A stretch of DNA of 64,000 nucleotides, from NCBI RefSeq assembly GCF_009914755.1, contig NC_060937.1; one strand, written 5' to 3'. Under the pieces are notes generated by a model. That model was given only the letters and a program-made list of their open reading frames with translations, was not told where the DNA came from and searched no databases. Both the position numbers and the translations under genes were made by a program. This document shows positions 1 to 13,336 of this stretch, piece by piece. Position 1 is the stretch's first letter. Each line of letters begins with the position of its first letter. This DNA is from the human T2T-CHM13v2.0 reference genome, Homo sapiens.

Positions 1-130
1 GTCCTGATCTTCACAGTAGAGCTTAAAGAAAGTGTAGTATTGTAATGTAATTATTCTCATTATTAAAAATGATTTACTTTTAAAACCCAGCATGTTACAT
101 CATAAGTAATATTCATTTTTTCTTCCATAG

Positions 131-182
131 GTAAGAAGTTTGATAGCTGTAGGACTGGGTGTTGCAGCTCTTGCATTTGCAG
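131..182 (+). CDS. DNAJC15: DNAJC15 (MCJ) internal coding exon (exon 2), 52 nt, encodes the hydrophobic transmembrane segment VRSLIAVGLGVAALAFA(G)
   Basis: Acceptor ttttcttccatag ends at 130; donor CAG|gtaaga at 183. Translation matches the remembered DNAJC15 sequence; phase 0 to phase 1. Confidence 0.96.
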
Positions 183-713
183 GTAAGATAAAGAATACAT
201 ACCAATAAATTGCAGGAGAAATCTTTCCAAATAGCATCTACAGTGATTCATGAGTAGACCCTTAGTATTCTGAGGTTTTGGTTTTCAGACATAATACATT
301 CTCATTCTTTCCACCATTTGTAGTTACTGAACATTTGTCATTGTAGCAAAATCTAGATAAACTTTATAGGGAAGAAAATTAGTGATAAAAAGCCAGAAAA
401 ACTAGCTCCAATAATAGTTTATTCCTGGCATTTTTTTTCAGTTTGAAGTATAGTATACTATAAAAAGAAATTTTAATATTATGCAATGTAAGTGGCATGG
501 AGTGCCTTTATTCTCCCATATTTATTTTTTCTTGCAGACAGGTTTATACATTTTAAGCTGTCAGTTCTTTCTCATGAGCATAGTTGTTCCGTGTAGTTTA
601 TTGATTTGTCTCTAAACATATTGGTATAATTACCTTGATAAACCCTGGGGAATTTTTTTCACTGCTAAAATTACGTTTTTCGAAAGAATAGTTCTTTTTT
701 TTTTCTTTTTTTT

Positions 714-1363
<650 letters not shown>

Positions 1364-3069
1364 CATTCGAAAGAATAGTTCTGAAGATCTAAAGTAAATT
1401 TGCTGAGTCTGTCATTAACTTACAGCAGTTTTAAATTACATAGCTATATCCTAATTAAATGTTAATTTGAGAATATGTCCTTATTGATAAAGATTTACTT
1501 TTTTGTTCTAGCATTTGTGTTTGTAAGTTCTATCGGTTTGATCTTGTTAATTGGCTCTTTTAGGCAGAGCTGCATTCCATTTTGGCTATATAGAGTTTAG
1601 TAAGATCTGATAGAAAAATGAGAAATAAGAGGGTCTTGTTTTGTATGGTATTTATTTTCTCACAATTATCATTTAAAACACTATTTTAACCTTTTGTCTT
1701 GGAAATGATGAAACACTTCAACAATCAGAACTTTAAAATCTAGATCAGTGGTTCAGATTCTCTTGATGTTTTTGTCATCAAGGTCTTATGTCTCAGTTAT
1801 ATAACTTATACTTAATGAATTTCTGAGGTTTTATGAGAAGAATATCATGTCTCAAACAGAATTCTGACAAACTTGCCCCTAAACATAAAGGAATTTTAGT
1901 ATTAATTAGAGTAGGCATAGTTATGAATTCAAATGTAAGGTTTTGATTTGAAATTAGATAAAGATGTATTTTTTCCAGGGTCGTCTTTGTAAAATGACAA
2001 GAATTGGTGTGTGTATTCTTTATAGACCACACCATTCCCAAACTCGTATTACTGACTAGAATATTATATTAAATAACAACAAGATCTCTTCCAGAGCCAA
2101 ATACAACCAAATAATAGAATTTAGGAGAAAGTACACTTAGATGTGTTAGAACTAGGTCTTCTAGTTAGAGTAAACCTCCAGGTGTCACTTCTTGAAGCAT
2201 TTAACTGCTTTTTAACTGAGATTAGAAGTCAGTCACTGTGGTTTTGAAGAATTTTGAGGTAATATAAAAGCTACATTTCATACTATTATAAAATCAAATG
2301 GAAGATGACATCTATGTGATAAGAGATACAGGCAAGTTAGGGAATCAGCCTCATTTAATTTCACTTTATTTAATGTTCTCCTTTATCTCAAGACCTTTTT
2401 ATCTTCACATTTTCCCATTTCTGGCATCCTGTCTTTCACTGTAACATGTTTGCACAGAATAACAGTATACATAGGCAGGTAAATTTTTCTAAAACAGTAT
2501 ACATAGGTAGTTGAATTTTTGCAGTAGAACTCTTGATTTGCAAATAGGCTTATGGTTAGAAGTTGAATTAAAGCCTGTAGTGTCATATACTGGTTTTCTA
2601 GCAAGACTCTTGGAGAAAGAGATACTAGTAGAAGACACAATCTGATTGGGGTGCAAAAGATAAAGTAGCTAGATAATATTTTACTCTTATTTGATGCCCT
2701 CAAAATAATTTAGAACCTGTTTTACTATTGACTCTTAGTTGTTAAAACTCAGGGGAGTTTTGATTATTGGGATTCCCAACTAGGGAAAGAACTAAAAATA
2801 AGTTTTCAGAGAGAGTAGCCATCCTCAGTGAGAAAAATTGATAATTAACATCCTTGGTAAGTATTTCATATGTAATTGCTTTTTTACTTTAGAGATAATT
2901 GATTAAAACCATTTCTGTGTAGTATAGATCATAAATATAATTTGTTTTCTATATATTTCAAAGTGATTATCATAAAAAGCAATACAATTAACCATTTTAG
3001 TATTATAAGTATCTTTTATATGTAATAGGACTTTACAGTTTGTTGTATAAAGAATACTAGGATGTTATT

Positions 3070-4556
3070 TTTTTTGTGACCTATACCATAATATAAATGT
3101 AAGATATTACACATAAACATTGAAAATTTCTAGTTTTATGATCATAAACTAGAACTTGATAAATTTAATGGCTATGATAATGGTATTAACATGAAATTTT
3201 GCCCTCCAATAAATTAAAAATTTGAAAAAATTGACCATCTTTCTGGTAAGTTTTGAAATACTTATTGCAATAACATATATAAACTATCAATAAATACTGT
3301 TGCAAGCACTTTGAAGGTGTTGATTGATTTTGATTATAGAAAATACATTTGCTTTTATTCCCTTTACTATTTAGGTCGCTACGCATTTCGGATCTGGAAA
3401 CCTCTAGAACAAGTTATCACAGAAACTGCAAAGAAGATTTCAACTCCTGTAAGTTAAACGTGGCTTTAGTTAGAAGACTCATTTTGATTTTTGTTCATAT
3501 GACATATTTCAATTAACTTAGAAAATGTCTTGGATTTTCCAATGTTTGTAGAAGTTTGTTTCCTTCACTATATCATTGGTGAGTTTGTCTAATTTACTGG
3601 CTCAGTTTCTTTTAAGTTATTGGTCACATTATTTTTATATCTAACTTTATTCCTGGTTTTGACATCTAATTATTATAATCTGTTTAGTAGTATTACATCA
3701 AATTTGATGTAACTTACTTTACCCGTTTAGTTACTGTTCATTTATTCAATAAACATTTAGTGAGTCCCCCATCCCTGTGCCAGGAGCTTGGAATAGCTGA
3801 TGAACAAAGAAGACATGGTTCTTGTCCTGATGAAGCTTATCCAAGAGTTGATGCCATCTTGTAATTTGAAACTAGTCCCCTTATACCATCATGCCTGGCC
3901 ATCTCAAACATAAAATTATGAGATTTCAACCATGAAATCCTGTAGAACTTATTATACATTTTTGTACCAGCATTATAGCTACTCTGGGGAGCTGAATGTA
4001 AGTGAAAAAATGAATGAGAGTATGTATCCGTAAAAGCAACAGTATGGATTGTAGTTTGTAACCACTGAAGACAATATAAAGAAAAGTCAGTGAGGCCCTG
4101 CAGCGTAAACATTGGCTTCAGGGAAACAGAAGCAGATCTGGGATAGATCAACTTGGTTGAGACTTGAGATTGTCAAATTGCTGCAAACCAAGTTGATCAT
4201 CCGCTATTCTGCTATTCTGAGTTCCTGGCACAGGGATGGGGACTCACTAAATGTTTATTAAATAAATGAACAGTAATTAAACAGGGAAAGTAAGTTATGT
4301 CAAAGTTGATATAATACTACTAAATGTAAAACTACTAAACTACCTACTTTATATATGTTATTTCAATAAATATTTCAAAACTTACCAGAAAGACTGTCAT
4401 TTTTTCCAAATTTATAATTTATTGGAGGACAGAATGTCATGTTAATACCATTATCACAGCTATTAAATTTATCAAGTTCTAGTTCATGATCATAAAACCA
4501 GAAATTTTCAATGTTTATGTATAGTATCTTTATATTATGGTATAGGTCACAAAAAA
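3070..4556. repeat. Two-part inverted duplication: 3070-3283 vs 4348-4556, and 3683-3797 vs 4211-4324
   Basis: Manual reverse complement aligns both pairs at roughly 90% identity. Confidence 0.93.
3375..3448 (+). CDS. DNAJC15: DNAJC15 exon 3, 74 nt, (G)RYAFRIWKPLEQVITETAKKISTP
   Basis: Acceptor ccctttactatttag, donor gtaagt at 3449; continues the exon 2 frame (phase 1 to 0). Confidence 0.96.
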
Positions 4557-4774
4557 TGAATTGCTTCTTTTAGCAAAGACATTACAGGCTTGTGAGGCTT
4601 AGTTAGCCATGAATAATGACAGCACCAAAGGATGACATACTGACAAATAATTAAACTTAGATTCAAAAAAACAGCAAGTGATTTTACAGTCCTATAAATG
4701 CATGTCTGTGATTAGAGGGAACATAGGTGTATTTTCTGTTTTCCTATTTATATTTTATTTGGCTAAAATATTGG

Positions 4775-5410
4775 TAGGTATTCAGTAAATATTCTTTGAG
4801 CACCTACTACATACTACATTACCATAGACAGTGGGATATAGTTATGGACCAAAGACATTGCCGTCTAGGAGCTTACATGTTAGTGGAGAGACACAGTGTA
4901 AAAAAAAAAAAATGAAGTAAGATATATAATACCTAAAAGTGTCGAGTGCTTTTGAGAAAACCAAATCAGGGTAAGAGGTTAAAGAGTAACAGCAATGAGG
5001 AATCTTTACCTTAGATAGGCCAGGTAAGGTTTCTCCAAGAAGATAAGGGAGCAGGCCATACAAGCCTCTGGTGTAAGAGCTTCCTAGGTGGTGGGATCAC
5101 TGCAAAGGTCCTGAGGTGCAAATGAGTCTAGCAGCAAGAGTAACTCCAAAGGAGTATATGAAGGGAATAGTGGTAGCTTGGGCCCAGATCCCTTAGGGCC
5201 TAATAGACAATGAAAAAAAACTTCAAATTTTACCTTAAGCGTGAAAGAAAGCCCTTGGAAGGGTTTGAGCATGGAGGCAATGTGATTTGTATTTTAAGTT
5301 ATCACTCTGCTTGCTACCTTAGAGCCAGAGTAGAAGCTGTGAAACCAGTAAGCGGGTATTGAGATAGTCCGGGTGATAGATGATGGTGGCTTGAAATAGA
5401 GTAGTAGCAA
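4775..5410 (+). mobile_element. L2 LINE fragment (strand label tentative)
   Basis: attcagtaaatattctttgagcacctact...ggagcttacat...gatgatggtggcttg, typical of L2 3' regions. Confidence 0.6.
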
Positions 5411-7026
5411 TGGACACAGTAACATAGTTCTTTAAATGAATTCTATTTATATATTTCCATATGTTTATAAATAATAAATGGAAAGAATTTCAGAAATCGT
5501 TTCTTTTCTGTTACGGTGATCTTCAATATAGTGTAAATAGAAAATTACCAAGCTGTGCAAAACTACATTATTTAACATTGTAAAGGAAGAGAGAGCAAGA
5601 AAATGAGAAAATCTTCAGTAGTTGGTAGAGGCTTACAGATAAGGCCGGGTAATTCAAGAGATTATAAGGGATATACTCATGTAAACTCTTTATTCAGTGG
5701 CTCATATGACCTGCTCCCTCATCTCAGAGGAGCCTTACTTAAGAGTCTGAGCCTGGTACCTGCATTTCTTAAAGGGAAATGATGTGTGTACCCCCTTTTC
5801 CCTCTTTGTGGGGCTCAAGGTAAGAAACTTCGCCTTCAATAAATCTGGCTTCTTTTTCACAAAGTGCTACTCTTAAGAGTTTGCAGTAAAACATCTTAGA
5901 ATATCTTTATCATTGTCATAATCATAATTATATTTTTACCTCAGGAAAGATGCAAGTACTTTTAAACAATTTTAAAACTAGTAATCATTTCCAGGGAAAC
6001 TGAGAAATGAAATATGTGCATACTTTCTGTTGGTACTAATGAATCCCAGTGTCACACCTCATAAACACAGTATACACAGTGTTTTGATTTTGTAAATATT
6101 ATTAATTATTGAACCAAATAGGGTTACTAAAAAGACAGGAACTGTAATTGTGGGTCACTAAATCTCTGTCATTCAAAGAAGATTGTCCAAGGCTCAAGTT
6201 TCAACGGGGGGTCTCTTTTCCTTGTTTCTTTAAACTTTATTTGCTTTCTCTAAGCTTTAACATGTTGTTTTTCAATCTTATCTCTTTTTCATACTTTTTT
6301 TTCATCTTGCTGAAATAGTGCCTTGGATAAGTCTTTTATATGGAATGCATGGATGGTAAATGTATTTTCTGCTTTGTTAAACAGTTTGTTTCTTTTGTTC
6401 TCACTGTTAATTATCAGCTGCTAGCTCCTTGAAATCTGGTGAAGCCAACATTAGAGAAGTATAGAAATCTCTGCTGAGACTAAGCCTTAGTGCCTGAACT
6501 CCCGCATTCCTGCATACTCACAGCTAGATTTTTTGGTGGTCTTATTATTCTTATTCCATTGTAGACAACCTATTGTTTTGGTTTTCTTTTGTTGTTTGGG
6601 TTTTGGGGTTTTACATTTTGGTGGTGGTGGCTTTTATTTTTAGCTCTGAAAGTTTGTAGGATTTTCTCTTTCTTACTGATGTTCTGGAATTTCACAAGAA
6701 TTCTTAGTGAGCCCTAACTTATTTGAAAATGGTCTTTAGTTCTGTAAGATTTTCTTACAGTTTTTTCTTTTATTATTTCTTCCTTTCATTGTCTCTCTTT
6801 TCTGCTTCTGGAACTCTGAACAGAGAGATGAGAAAGATGTTGGACCTGATAAAAAGATGTCTGTCCTCTATGTCTCTTACCATTTTATCTCTTATTTTCC
6901 ATCTCCTTATCTTTCTTTGCTCTTCATTCTACAGTATTTTCACAGCTTATTTTCCAGATCACCAGGTTGGCCTTTAGCAATGTCTATTCTGTTTTTCATC
7001 TATCCACCGAATTCTTCACATCAGCA

Positions 7027-7308
7027 TTTTTTTTTTTTTTTTGGAGACAGAGCCTAGTAGTGCGGTTGCGCAATCTCGGCTCACTGCAACTTCTGCCTCC
7101 TGAGTTTAAGTGATTTTCCTACCTCAGCTTCCTAAGTAGTTGGGATTGCAGGCACTCGTCACTATTCCCAGCTAATTTTTGTATTTTTAGTGGAGATGGA
7201 GTTTCACCATGTTGGCCAGGCTGGTCTTGAGCTTCTGACCTCAAGTGATCCACCCACCTCAACCTCCCAAATTGCTGGGATTATAGGCGTGAGCCACTGC
7301 GCCCGGCC
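7027..7308 (-). mobile_element. Alu (AluS-like)
   Basis: Poly-T, ctcactgcaac...gtgagccactgcgcccggcc. Confidence 0.93.
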
Positions 7309-9248
7309 AACGTTAGTAATTTTCTAACTTCCAAGGATTCTTTCTTGTTTCTTTTTTCTGGCAACCCATTTTTTAATTAATGTGGTATCCTTTTGAATAT
7401 TTCTAAAGCCATTAATTAGCATTTGGCCAAATTCTCTTCTGCTTCCTAATTTATCTCCTTTTCCTAAAGTCAGTTGTTATGTGTTCATATTGGTTCTTTT
7501 TTTCCCCTCCATGATAATTGGGTTTGCTCAAATGTCCAGTGATCCTTGGTTGTTGATTCATATTTATGATGACTAAATTGACTAATAGAAGTAATGTTCT
7601 TGACTTTTCTTCAGCAGTTTGGTAGGGTTGCTTCAACAGCTTAATTGAATGACAGTGTTGACAGTGGGCTGTAAATAACATAGGTGGGTTTGTTAACAGG
7701 CATGTCTTTCAGAGCAAGGAGACTAGAAGGCAGCATTGGTACCTGGAGAGTCCAGGAGAGGTTGAGCACCGTGTATATTTTACTCCTTGGCATAGCTTCT
7801 CACCTCCCTAGGCTTCTGGGTTCTGAAATGGGATCTGCTGGTATGCCTCTTTGGTTCTCTTAGTACCTACCACCCAAAATAAGATGCGTATCAGAAAAAG
7901 AGGCATATGGTTCTCTTTCTCAGCCTGAGGGCATGACAGGTACCTGGCCTCTTATGCTCTATATGAGTAGAGTAGGAATGATCTGTTTATATTGTTCTGG
8001 TTTAATAAGTTTCGCTGATTTTTTTATTGTTGTTGACTCTGAATTTAGTGTTCTTGTTTTCCTGAAAAGGGTTTCTTTTTTTCTCTGATGTTTGAAGCTG
8101 CTGGGATTTTTCTGTACATGCAAATTTTACCTAGGATTTCTTTAAACTTTCTGGTTTGCTATTTATCCCATTTCTTGTTTTCTAGGCCTATTAAGGGTGT
8201 TTTAAAATTTACAGTGTCTTTACTCATTTCAAAGGCACTTCGGAAAGCAAAAGATCTTTATGATTCAGTCTGCTCTTTTGAACAAGTGCCCTTTTGCTTG
8301 TTTTTTTGTTTTTTTTTTAAATTAATGTATTAATGTATATTATTGACTCAGCCAATGTCTAATTACCCTTAAATTTTTTTCTGGGGGAGAAAACCCATCC
8401 TTCTTCTTTTTTTTTTGAGGCTTTGAATTTTCTATTTGTGAATCTGTCCTTTTATTTGAATATAATTTTTTAAATTGCATTTATTTTGTTTTATGATCAA
8501 GTGAAATTTATGGAAAAATATACTAATTAAATCATCCTTTGTTAGCTTTAAATCAAATAGATTATTGTACATAATAAAGTTTATAGTTTATGATAAATGT
8601 ATTCTTTTAAAACTATGGGATGATCCAGTTCTTCTCTAGTTGTCTGGAGGACTTTTGTGTTTCAGGCTATTGAGTGAATGAATTAGCTAATGAATACTTT
8701 GGTTTAACTTAGCAAAGGAGACACAAAATAATCTAACATGGCACTATAGCATTTATTGCTAATTTTAGAAGGAAAATGATTTTGATTTCTGTCATTTATA
8801 TATACAATATTTTATGAATGGGATAGTACAAAATAATCATTTGTAAGGTCCAGGATGTGTTTCTGTTTTCAGAAAAAAAGGACCATTTACTCCATCTATT
8901 TGATGGTATACTTGTTCCTTACAGTAATCTCATTTTTTGGATCTAAACATTTTCTTTGACCTACCACAGTGTTGTCAGAAAATGGTTCTGCAGTGGCTTA
9001 TACCTGTAAGTCCTAATATAATGCAATGTGGGTATATTATTTTCAAGCTTAAAAGGACCTTTCAGTTTTATTAGTGGGGAGGAGTACAGAGTTACAATTT
9101 TGTGCTTTCTCATGACATAGATATTAATTCAAACATAATAATGGATTAAAATACTGTGATAACAGTTTTGTTCTATTTAAAGTTATATAAGACCTAAATT
9201 TTCTAGAAGTTTAGGAAGCATGATTTTCTCTGAAGAAATGTGTAAATA

Positions 9249-9507
9249 CAGTTGACCCTTGAACAACCTGGGTTTGAACTGCACAGGTCCACTTAATCAT
9301 GATTTTAAAAAATAAACTCAATGAGCCCTCCATGTCTGCAATGAAATGTAGATCAAAAATGTAGTATTCATGGGATGCAAAACTCACCTATGCTGAGGCC
9401 AACTTTTTGTATCTGTGGTTTCTGTAGGGCTGACCGTGGTGCCTGAGTGCAGATTTTAGTATGAGTGGTCCTGGAACCAGTCACCCACAGATACTGAGGG
9501 TTGAATG
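9249..9507. mobile_element. Tigger-family MITE (MER8/Tigger2-like)
   Basis: Begins cagttgacccttgaacaac, ends gatactgagggttgaatg, flanked by TA on both sides. Confidence 0.8.
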
Positions 9508-10121
9508 TATTTTAGTAGTGTGTAACATAGCAATTTTTTGTTTTCTCTTTGTATACTTTTCTGCACCCAGCCCCACATGTTAAGTCTCTATTCTCAAAAT
9601 GGTCTAGATCTTTTTGGAAGGGTTGTGTTGATTATATGTATATACAGATTGACTTACTCGTAATAAAATCAGTGTTCATATGAACTTCTTCCCGACACTA
9701 GATTTTTGGCAGCCTTTTCTGAAACTCTATGTCTACCTGGGCAAAACTGAAAGTGAAAAAATTGCTCAGATACCAATACCTGCTTTTAAGATTAATGAGC
9801 TTGGTGACTATAGTGGGAATGACAGTTTATGAAACATGATAAATTTATCTTTTTTATTATGCTGGCTCCAAATTTTAGAGCTCCCTAAGGTAAATAAAGA
9901 CTCATTGAAATATTTTTTTCCTGAATAAAGAATTATTCTATGTAGTAGTTCAGGCATGATTTAAAAACAAAAGTAGGAGCAAATATTTGGTGATACTTCT
10001 GTTTTGTTATGACTAAATCAACTAATTACCTTTAATTTAGGGAGTAACGTATGCATCTAGTAAAAATTTTGGTTTCCTGAAAGAAACCTTAAAACCAGCC
10101 CCTATTCCTCTAAGTCCCTCG

Positions 10122-10405
<284 letters not shown>

Positions 10406-13056
10406 CCCTTACTTCTTTCCATTTGTATCTGTATCTGTATTTCTCTCTCTATCTCTCTTTATATATGTGCATACTCTCTATGTATGTTTAGAAAGATATA
10501 AAATTTGTTCAGGTTAGTATGTGTGCTTAACCCAATTTGATTATCCTTCCTCTCCTCAAAACTTGTGTCAGGGGTGGGGGACTATTTGTTTTTTTACTGG
10601 ATTATAAATTACTTGAAACTTGGAGAGTATATTATATTCTCACAGTATTGATTCATTGATAGATTAGCATCTGTGTGATGAAGGACAGTCCTTGATCTCT
10701 CATTTGAAAAGTGCCTGGTACACAGCAATTGCTGAAGTGTTTATTGAATGAATTAATTGCCAGGAATTATTTATTACCAAGTAGAAATTTATAATAAGCT
10801 GTTCAAAGAGTATAGCTTATATAAATGGCCAGATCTGACTCCCTAGAACCCATTTTTTAAGCTCTAGTCATTTCCTTAGTTTCTTTTAGTATTCTTCTTT
10901 CTTTAATTGTATAAATAGCCTGTGCTCATTGTTGAAAATTTAGAAGTTAAAAACAAAGAAAAAATTATAATCCCACCAGCTAAAAATAACTTTAAAGTTA
11001 TATGCTTTCAGATTTTATTTCATGTAAGCATACCTATTTTTCCCTACTTTTGTAAGGAAATGGTTTCATGCTTAGAAACGTTTAATGCCTGTAATCATAT
11101 ATGTGTATGTTTCCTCCTAAAAGCTAAGTTTATACATCCTGTTTCTCTGTTTAGAGCTACTGAAAATAGTGTCTTTACTTGCTGTCTCCATTCCTTTCTT
11201 TCCATTCTGTCTTAAATACACTCTAATCATACGCTCACCTCACTTTCTGCAGCTCTTCTCAGTTTTTGATGTCCTCTTTGCTAAATCCAGAGGTCAGTTT
11301 GTGGCTCTCATTTTACTTTACCTATTAGAAACTTTGAAACCATTTTTCATTTCCTCACTCTTGACTTGTAGTTACCATCCTCCTTTACTGCTAGGCCTTG
11401 TCAGCCTCCTTGACTGATTCCTCTCCATTTCTATACCACAAAGTGTTGCAGTCTTTAGGGAAGACTCCTTGGACTTCTAATTTTTAAACCATCTTACTTC
11501 AGTCTCATGGCTTTAAATGCTATCTGTACACTAATGACTCTCAAATGTAAAGTCTGATGTTAAGTCAGACATTCTCCACTTGGATATTTAAGACATTTTA
11601 AACTTAGTATATCCGAAATCATTCTCCTCATGTCTGTTATTCACAACAAATAAACAGCTGCTCCTTTCCTCAGTCATTAAATGGCAATTTGGCAGTTTAG
11701 GCCAGAAACCTTGAAGTCATTTGCACAGCTTGGGTTCTCTGGAAAGCAGAGTGAGATAAAGATTAGCAAGCTATACTTTTATTAAAGAGTGCTCTTAGCA
11801 TAAACAACTCCAGAAAGAAAGGGAAGGACAAGTTAGGCTTCAGTGCATTCCTACAAAAGCCTCAGCCAATCTCACAATAACCTCTAAGCAAGGATGGCTC
11901 ATTGTAGTTATCCCAAGTTGGGGCAAGGGGTCATAGGATTAAATGACATTACCCAGGAAGTGAGCATATATATAAGAAGTCCAAGGACTGAACCCTAGAG
12001 AAATACAATGTTTCTATCCCATGTCAACCAGTCAGTAGATACAGGCTGCCCTGCAAAGTGGGATAAGCTTGACTTCCTTTAGGCAAGGCAATTCCTAAAG
12101 TGTCTGACAGCTGGGAGCTATCAGCCAGCCACAGCCCCAGTGTCTGGGGAGTAAGTCCTTCACGCCTGATGGGGATCTGATGAGCACATAACAGTGTCCT
12201 CAACATCATTCTTAATTTTTCTTTTTCTCATATCCCAAATTCAATCCATCAAGGAAATGTTAGTTCTGTTTTAAATATACATCCAGAATCTAACCACTTT
12301 TATCACCTCCTCTGCTACCGCCTTAGTTCATACCATCATCATCTGTTGTCTGGATTATTGTTATGTTTTCTGAACTGGTCTGCTACTTCTACTCTTGCAC
12401 CTTTCTATTCTCTACATGGCAGTTAGATTAAATCGAAGTTAGATTGTTATTCCAGTGCTCTGGCTTCTCCTCCCACTTAAAATTCTAAATTCCTTCCATT
12501 GTTTACAAGGCCATCCACAGTCTGGTTCCCATTATATCTCGAGTCCTCCTTTTCTCCTTGTTCACGCCTCTCCAGCAGCATTGAAACCTTTTAATCCAGC
12601 TTCCCAGCCTCTCTTGGCTTGCCTGTCTGCTAGTGTGACATACTCCCCTCTTCATTAGTTCCTCCCCATTCTCTGTTGGCTAGTGTGGTAGGCTAAACGA
12701 TGTCTGCCATATCAACATTAAATGACTTCATCAAGGTTATCCAATGAGAAAAGTACTACAGAGCTTAGAAAAAGTTCAAGCATTTTGCTTCTACCAGTCT
12801 GTTTTGTTCTTTCTGTTGTATCTTGGTGTAGAAAAATTAATCTGTTTTAAAGTGAAAAAAAGTTAGTATTTTTTAAGACTTCATATTGGTCAAAATTTCT
12901 TGAAAAGTTTCATTGTTTGGTGCTTCCCCCCGCCCCATAATTTTGAGTTGACTTCTAGTAAAATGCATTACTCTCACTGCAGCTACATGATGAGATTGAG
13001 GTCATGCCACCTCATACGTGGAACTAATGATTTCTTGCTCTTTCTTTCCTATACAG

Positions 13057-13133
13057 AGCTTTTCATCCTACTATAAAGGAGGATTTGAACAGAAAATGAG
13101 TAGGCGAGAAGCTGGTCTTATTTTAGGTGTAAG
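13057..13133 (+). CDS. DNAJC15: DNAJC15 exon 4, 77 nt, SFSSYYKGGFEQKMSRREAGLILGV(S)
   Basis: Branch-like ACTAAT at 13023-13028, pyrimidine tract and acag acceptor, donor gtaggt at 13134. YYKGGFE..M.RREA.LILGV is the Pam18/Tim14 family signature. Confidence 0.97.
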
Positions 13134-13305
13134 GTAGGTGTGCAGCATAAGTATTGTTTTGTTGTGTGGCCAAGCTTGTCTTTAAAAAAGAGAAAACGTT
13201 ACAATAAGGTTATACTTAGACTTAAAATTATGAGTAGGTGGCAGAGGAGAAAATATCAAATTTTTATATTTTAAAGCCTCAAATCTAAAAGTATCCCACT
13301 CCCCT

Positions 13306-13336
<31 letters not shown>

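Noticed and set aside
2461-2507. 15-bp direct repeat AACAGTATACATAGG (2461-2475, 2493-2507)
   Set aside because: Short local duplication with nothing inserted that resembles a mobile element; probably slippage.
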